Assembly: GCA_002269645.1 (NCBI GenBank)
Contig: NIVC01002985.1
Span: forward strand, 1-64,000
Length of the DNA: 64,000 nucleotides
Reading direction: 5' to 3'
Origin: Macrostomum lignano
Lineage: Eukaryota
Positions 58,421 to 64,000 of this stretch are shown here, in pieces; the stretch's first letter is position 1, and each line of letters starts with the position of its first letter. The notes under the pieces are model-generated. The model worked only from the letters and a program-made list of their open reading frames with translations, was not told the DNA's origin and did no database searches. The position numbers and the translations under genes are program-made.

Positions 58421-58889
58421 TCGAATGTCGAATTTCAAAGCGACATAAGAAAGTCAGTTTTAACCATTCACACTGAAACCCCAGTAGCCTTCAACTCGGC
58501 CAGAGAAAACACAAATGCCGGCCTGGCTACTCATAAAATTGCCGGCTTCAGCGAACGCGCCAGCCCAGCCCCGCCTTTCTGCATTTTCCAAAGCCGCAGC
58601 TGAGCAGCAACTGCCCAGCCTGCGCAGTTCGCAGGAGCCATGCGGATCACTCATGCCGCCCCCGAGCACTGCATGCCGAAACCAGTTTGATAAATTTCGA
58701 ATAAATTCACTCATTAACCAAACACTTTTGAATTTATTATCGATATACATTTGCATTTCCTTCGACCCAGGCAGTGGAGCCTGCTGGATATTTATGCTAA
58801 TAAACGAATAGAGATTTATTCCTGCATGTTAACCAATTTGGTAGAATTTCAGCATGAATTTCCTTGGGGTTACCAGTATGTGAAACTTA

Positions 58890-60382
58890 ATCTCACTCTC
58901 ACTCTCACTCTCTCACTCACCCCCTCTCTCTCACTCTCTCACTCTCTCACTCTCTCACTCTCTCACTCTCTCACTCTCTCACTCTCTCACTCTCACTCTC
59001 ATTCAATCTCACTCTCACTCTCTCACTCTCTCACTCTCTCACTCTCTCACTCTCTCACTCTCTCACTCTCTCACTCTCTCACTCTCTCACTCTCACTCTC
59101 ATTCAATCTCACTCTCACTCTCACTCTCTCTCCCTCTCTCTCACTCACCCTCTCTCTCACTCTCTCACTCTCTCACTCTCTCACTCTCACTCTCATTCAA
59201 TCTCACTCTCACTCTCACTCTCACTCTCTCTCACTCTCTCACTCTCTCACTCTCTCACTCTCTCACTCTCTCTCACTCACTCTCTCTCACTCACCCTCTC
59301 TCTCACTCTCCCTCTCTCTCACTCACCCTCTCTCTCACTCTCTCACTCACCCCCTCTCTCTCACTCTCTCACTCTCTCTCACTCACCCTCTCTCTCACTC
59401 TCTCACTCTCTCACTCTCTCACTCTCACTCTCATTCAATCTCACTCTCACTCTCACTCTCACTCTCTCTCACTCTCTCACTCTCTCACTCTCTCACTCTC
59501 TCACTCTCTCTCACTCACTCTCTCTCACTCACCCTCTCTCTCACTCACCCTCTCTCTCACTCTCACTCTCTCACTCTCTCACTCACCCTCTCTCTCACTC
59601 TCTCACTCTCTCACTCTCTCACTCTCTCGCTCTCTCACTCTCTCACTCTCTCACTCTCACTCTCATTCAATCTCACTCTCACTCTCACTCTCACTCTCTC
59701 TCACTCTCTCACTCTCTCACTCTCTCACTCTCTCACTCTCTCTCACTCACTCTCTCTCACTCACCCTCTCTCTCACTCACCCTCTCTCTCACTCTCACTC
59801 TCTCACTCTCTCACTCACCCTCTCTCTCACTCTCACTCTCATTCAATCTCACTCTCACTCTCACTCTCACTCTCTCTCACTCTCTCACTCTCTCACTCTC
59901 TCACTCTCTCACTCTCTCACTCACCCCCTCTCTCTCACTCTCTCACTCTCTCTCACTCACCCTCTCTCTCACTCTCTCACTCTCTCACTCTCTCACTCTC
60001 ACTCTCACTCTCTCTCACTCTCTCACTCTCTCACTCTCTCACTCTCTCACTCTCTCACTCACCCCCTCTCTCTCACTCTCTCACTCTCTCTCACTCACCC
60101 TCTCTCTCACTCTCTCACTCTCTCACTCTCTCACTCTCACTCTCATTCAATCTCACTCTCACTCTCACTCTCACTCTCTCTCACTCTCTCACTCTCTCAC
60201 TCTCTCACTCTCTCACTCTCTCTCACTCACTCTCTCTCACTCACCCTCTCTCTCACTCACCCTCTCTCTCACTCTCACTCTCTCACTCTCTCACTCACCC
60301 TCTCTCTCACTCTCTCACTCTCTCACTCTCTCACTCTCTCACTCTCTCACTCTCTCACTCTCACTCTCTCACTCTCTCACTC
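58890..60382. repeat. (ACTCTC/ACTCTCTC)n compound microsatellite, proximal right arm
   Basis: Reverse complement of the 57.3-58.4 kb type, with CTCATTCAAT and CTCACTCACCC variants. Confidence 0.95.
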
Positions 60383-60561
60383 TTTATACTGGCGCTGGCT
60401 TCCTGGCTGAGAACTTTAAACTAGCTGACTACTGTAGGCCTCCCAAACTGGAAGGCAACATTTTAAATCTACACCCTACCTTCAAACTCTCCGAGTCTGA
60501 GACGAGGCTGCTAGATAAGGGACTCAATTTTATCCCAACCCAAGCCCTTGATTTCGATGAG

Positions 60562-62646
60562 TTGAGGAACTGCATGACGGAATTTCATCGTAAACTTTTC
60601 TGGAAAGACTTTTTCAAAAAGAGGGGTCTCGCCAATACCAGCCCGCCCCCCTTCACCGGGAAATCAGGGAAGGAGGTTCCCCTCAGACTTAGAAGGGATG
60701 AGTGCAACTTGCTGGTACTTGAGAACCAAAATCTGGTAGAGAATTTGACAACGGGACAGATCAAAGGCAACCTAGAGGCACCAGAGACCAGGGCGATTCA
60801 GAGGCTCAAGCGAAACAGCTCCGTCCTTTTAAAAAAGGCGGACAAAGGCAACGCAGTGGTCATCATGCACCCTAAGGACTACGAATTTGCAGCCTACAAC
60901 CAACTGTTTGACACTGATGCCTATCAACAGCTGGACCAGCCATTGCAACCCGTGACTGTGGAACTTATTAGGGGGATCTTCCTCAATTTATGTAACAGAA
61001 AGTTCATATCTAAGAAACAGTGTGCATTTCTTTGTCCCGGAGAGAACTTCCGTCCCCGGCATTTCTACCTGCTCCCAAAAATTCACAAGGACCCGGCCAC
61101 CTGGCTGATCCCCTTTCGGGTCCCAGCAGGCAGACCTATTGTGAGCGGATGTAGTTCTGAAGCAATTGGGGCAGAAAAGTACATAGACTTCTTTCTAAAA
61201 CCGATTGCCCAAGCGCAACCCACTTTCATTAAGGACTCCTATGACTTCAAGGCACACCTTATGGATAAAAGCTGCACGGAAGGTTCGACTCTGGCAACCT
61301 GTGATGTCCAGAGTCTGTACTCCATGATCCCAATAGATCAGGGCATTGCAGCGATCCAGTAATTCTTTAACCGATACCCGGATCCCATTAGACCGGATAC
61401 TGAAATAATAAAGCTACTGGAATTGTGTTTGTACGACTTTGAATTTGACAAAATGATTTTCCTACAACTTAGAGGTACAGCCATGGGGCGCATATTTGCG
61501 CCCAGCTATGCCTGTCTCTTCATAAGCCTCTGGGAGGAAACTGCCCTGAGAACTGCTCTTTATAAGCCGAACATCTATTTTAGGTACATAGATGATATCT
61601 TCATTCACTGGGACCACCCGGCTGAAACTCTGACAGAATTTGTTCGACACCTAAATTCAATCAACCCCAACATCAAACTCACCGTCAGCTCCTCATCAAC
61701 TGAGGTCAGTTTCCTTGACATGACCATCAGGAAAGCTGAAAACCGCTTCACAACACAACTGTTTTCAAAAGAAACAGACACTCATAGATTGTTGCACCGA
61801 CAGTCCTTCCATCCGTCACACACCTTCAAGGGGGTAGTAAAATCCCAAATCCTTCGGTACGCTCGTATCTGTGATGACTACAAGTCTTTCAACGATGCTT
61901 TCAATTCTTTAAAATCGGAACTCAAGCAATTAGGCTACTCGAAGATTTTTCTTAGAAACTGCAAAAAGGATGTCCTCATACTTATGAACTGGACTGCAGG
62001 ACCAACGACCAATCTGGGTCTGCTTCCCAAAGGGTTCCATCCCTGTGGGTCATCCCGCTGCAAATGCTGCACCCACTCACCGCCTGCTCTCTCCGCCCAG
62101 GGACTGAAACCGGCTTCTGGTTTTTTAATCTCTCAGAGCCTGTCCTGTGGCTCCAAGAACATCATCTATGGCATCTCCTGCAACCAGTGCCACCCTGGGA
62201 AAATCTTCTATGTAGGGATGACTAGAAGAACAATGAGAGATAGAATGAACCAGCACAGGTCAAATATTAACAGGAGAGTCGTAACTTCGGGGTCAGAGCA
62301 CTTTCTCACCCCCAATCACTCGATTGCAAACTTTGTCTCCATTGCTATCGAACAAGTTCTTAATAACAACAAAATCGAACTAAGGGAAGAAATCTGGATT
62401 AAAAAACTAGGGACTGACAAACCGCCAGGTACGAACATCAGGGTCGACAATCATCTTCTCCGACCCATCCCAATGGTCCTTCCTTTTCACCCATCTACGG
62501 TCTGGCTTGCCAACGAGATTGCTAAAAACTTTGATAAGCTACAAAATAAAGCAGGCTCCCGCATACTGCCCGCATTTACACGGCAACATAACTTACAGAG
62601 CCTCCTGGCTCCCAATAAGTTCAAGTCTCAGCCAGGAAACATTTAA
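60562..62646 (+). pseudogene. PLE reverse transcriptase / GIY-YIG endonuclease ORF with a single premature stop
   Basis: ORFs 60562-61362 and 61423-62646 are in the same frame. Read-through gives AIQ*FFNRYPDP..KLLELCL. Confidence 0.88.
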
Positions 62647-63016
62647 TCATTTTAACCAATGCGCTATTTTTACCCTATTGAAGTACAATATTTATTCACG
62701 TGTCATTTATTTTATTTTATTCAAACTGCTTAATTGTACGCTCAATATTGATTTTTATGCTCCTACCCCCAATACCGGCATTTCATCTAATCGTATAGTA
62801 TCGCATATCGTATAGTACTTCGAAATAACAATTTTTTATAACAAATATACTGTCGTTTAAAATTAATGGTGGAAGGCCTCTGGGACAAGTTAGACCTAGG
62901 CAAAACAGGGTTTTAAATGTACATCCCTCATATGTACAACTAATCATCAATTCTATCAGACTAAGAAAAATAATACTTAAAAGACCAACTTGAATTGCAT
63001 GACACACAGAGTTTTT

Positions 63017-63054
63017 GGCCTGACGAAGAGCCCAGAGGCTCGAAACCGGTAGCC
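63017..63054 (+). ncRNA. Minimal type I hammerhead ribozyme
   Basis: GGC-CUGACGA-A-GAGCC(CAGA)GGCUC-GAA-ACCGGU-A-GCC: core boxes, 5-bp stem II, palindromic stem III, GUA cleavage triplet (cut after 63051), 3-bp stem I. Confidence 0.85.
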
Positions 63055-63104
63055 TATATTAAATTAATTAGTCTTTTGATTTTTTTAAACACGCCGTGAC
63101 CTCT

Positions 63105-64000
63105 CTTCTCTCTCTCTCTCTACCTCTCTCACTCTCTCACTCTCTCAATCTCTCGCTCTCTCACTCTCTCACTCTCTCACTCTCTCACTCTCTCGCTCTC
63201 TCACTCTCTCACTCTCTCACTCTCTCACTCGCTCACTCTCTCACTCTCTCACTCCCTCACTCTCTCACTCTCTCACTCTCTCACTCTCTCGCTCTCTCAC
63301 TCTCTCACTCTCTCACTCTCTCACTCTCTCACTCTCTCGCTCTCTCACTCTCTCACTCTCTCACTCTCTCACTCGCTCACTCTCTCACTCTCTCACTCTC
63401 TTACTCTCTCACTCTCTCACTCTCTCACTCTCTCACTCTCTCACTCTCTCACTCTCTTACTCTCTCACTCTCTCACTCTCTCGCTCTCTCACTCTCTCAC
63501 TCTCTCACTCTCTCACTCTCTCACTCTCTCACTCTCTCACTCTCTCACTCTCTCACTCACTCTCACTCTCTCACTCTCTTACTCTCTCACTCTCTCACTC
63601 TCTCACTCGCTCACTCTCACTCTCTCACTCTCACTCCCTCACTCTCTCACTCTCTCACTCTCTTACTCTCTCACTCTCACTCTCATTCTCTCACTCGCTC
63701 ACTCTCTCACTCTCTCACTCTCTCACTCTCTCGCTCTTTCACTCTCTCACTCGCTCCCTCTCTCACTCTCTCACTCTCTCACTCTCTCACTCTCTCACTC
63801 ACTCTCACTCTCTCACTCTCTCACTCTCTCGCTCTTTCACTCTCTCACTTGCTCCCTCTCTCACTCTCTCACTCTCTCACTCTCTCACTCTCTCACTCAC
63901 TCTCACTCTCTCACTCTCACACTCTCTCACTCTCTTACTCTCTCACTCGCTCACTCTCTCACTCTCTCACTCTCTTACTCTCTCACTCTCTCACTCACTC
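63105..64000. repeat. (ACTCTCTC)n compound microsatellite, distal right arm (runs off window)
   Basis: Same orientation as 58890-60382, with CTCGCTC, CTCTTAC and CTCTTTCAC variants. Confidence 0.95.

Larger units (their letters stand above)
60383..63104 (+). mobile_element. Penelope-like retroelement (EN+; RT, Cys-rich linker, GIY-YIG), 5'-truncated, with 3' pseudo-LTR-like region
   Basis: Reading frame is open from the microsatellite junction to 62646 except one in-frame TAA (61360-62). Motifs: LLDKGLNFIPT, ADKG, LPKIHK..GRPIVS, DVQSLY, GTAMG..APSYA, RYIDD, FLD, CGSSRCKCC, IIYGISC..FYVGMT..R..QH, E..WI..L. Hammerhead ribozyme in the 3' region. Confidence 0.92.

Noticed and set aside
58421-58889. 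Core between the mirror arms as the missing PLE 5' end or a gene
   Set aside because: No similarity seen to the PLE 3' region and no recognisable protein motif in its 98-aa ORFs.
61360-61362. PLE internal stop as a selenocysteine codon (as in some Naiad PLEs)
   Set aside because: The codon is TAA, not TGA.
57340-64000. Telomeric repeat or chromosome end
   Set aside because: Units are GAGAGT/GAGAGAGT rather than TTAGGG-like, occur in both orientations, and the PLE has an endonuclease.

Overview
Eukaryotic (animal, invertebrate-like) genomic DNA with GT-AG introns and no prokaryotic features. A flatworm such as Macrostomum is only a guess from composition. Five intron-containing genes were reconstructed by hand with consistent splice phases: an SLC13 Na+/carboxylate-sulfate symporter (-, 734-6081), a Q/P-rich coiled-coil NCKAP5-like gene (+, ~17178-26780), a gamma-glutamyltranspeptidase (+, 30551-34547), a divergent proteasome subunit PSMB1 (-, 35559-51413) and, head-to-head with it, a LAMP-like type I membrane glycoprotein (+, 51872-54906). 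The 14-kb first intron of PSMB1 is a nest of mobile DNA. It holds an RTE relic, a foldback-like element, a SAMD3-like relic, and an 8.7-kb foldback element (73-bp modular arms, perfect 9-bp TSD) that itself contains a 551-bp mini-foldback and a CR1/L2-type LINE. The right end holds a Penelope-like element with an apparently re-ordered RT-thumb/GIY-YIG region and a minimal hammerhead ribozyme. It is inserted into one arm of a mirror-image (GAGAGT)n/(ACTCTC)n inverted repeat. About 20 unrelated micro/minisatellites, three CORE-SINEs, a second tRNA-like SINE family and several MITEs fill introns and intergenic space. All protein-family calls come from recalled motifs, not database searches.
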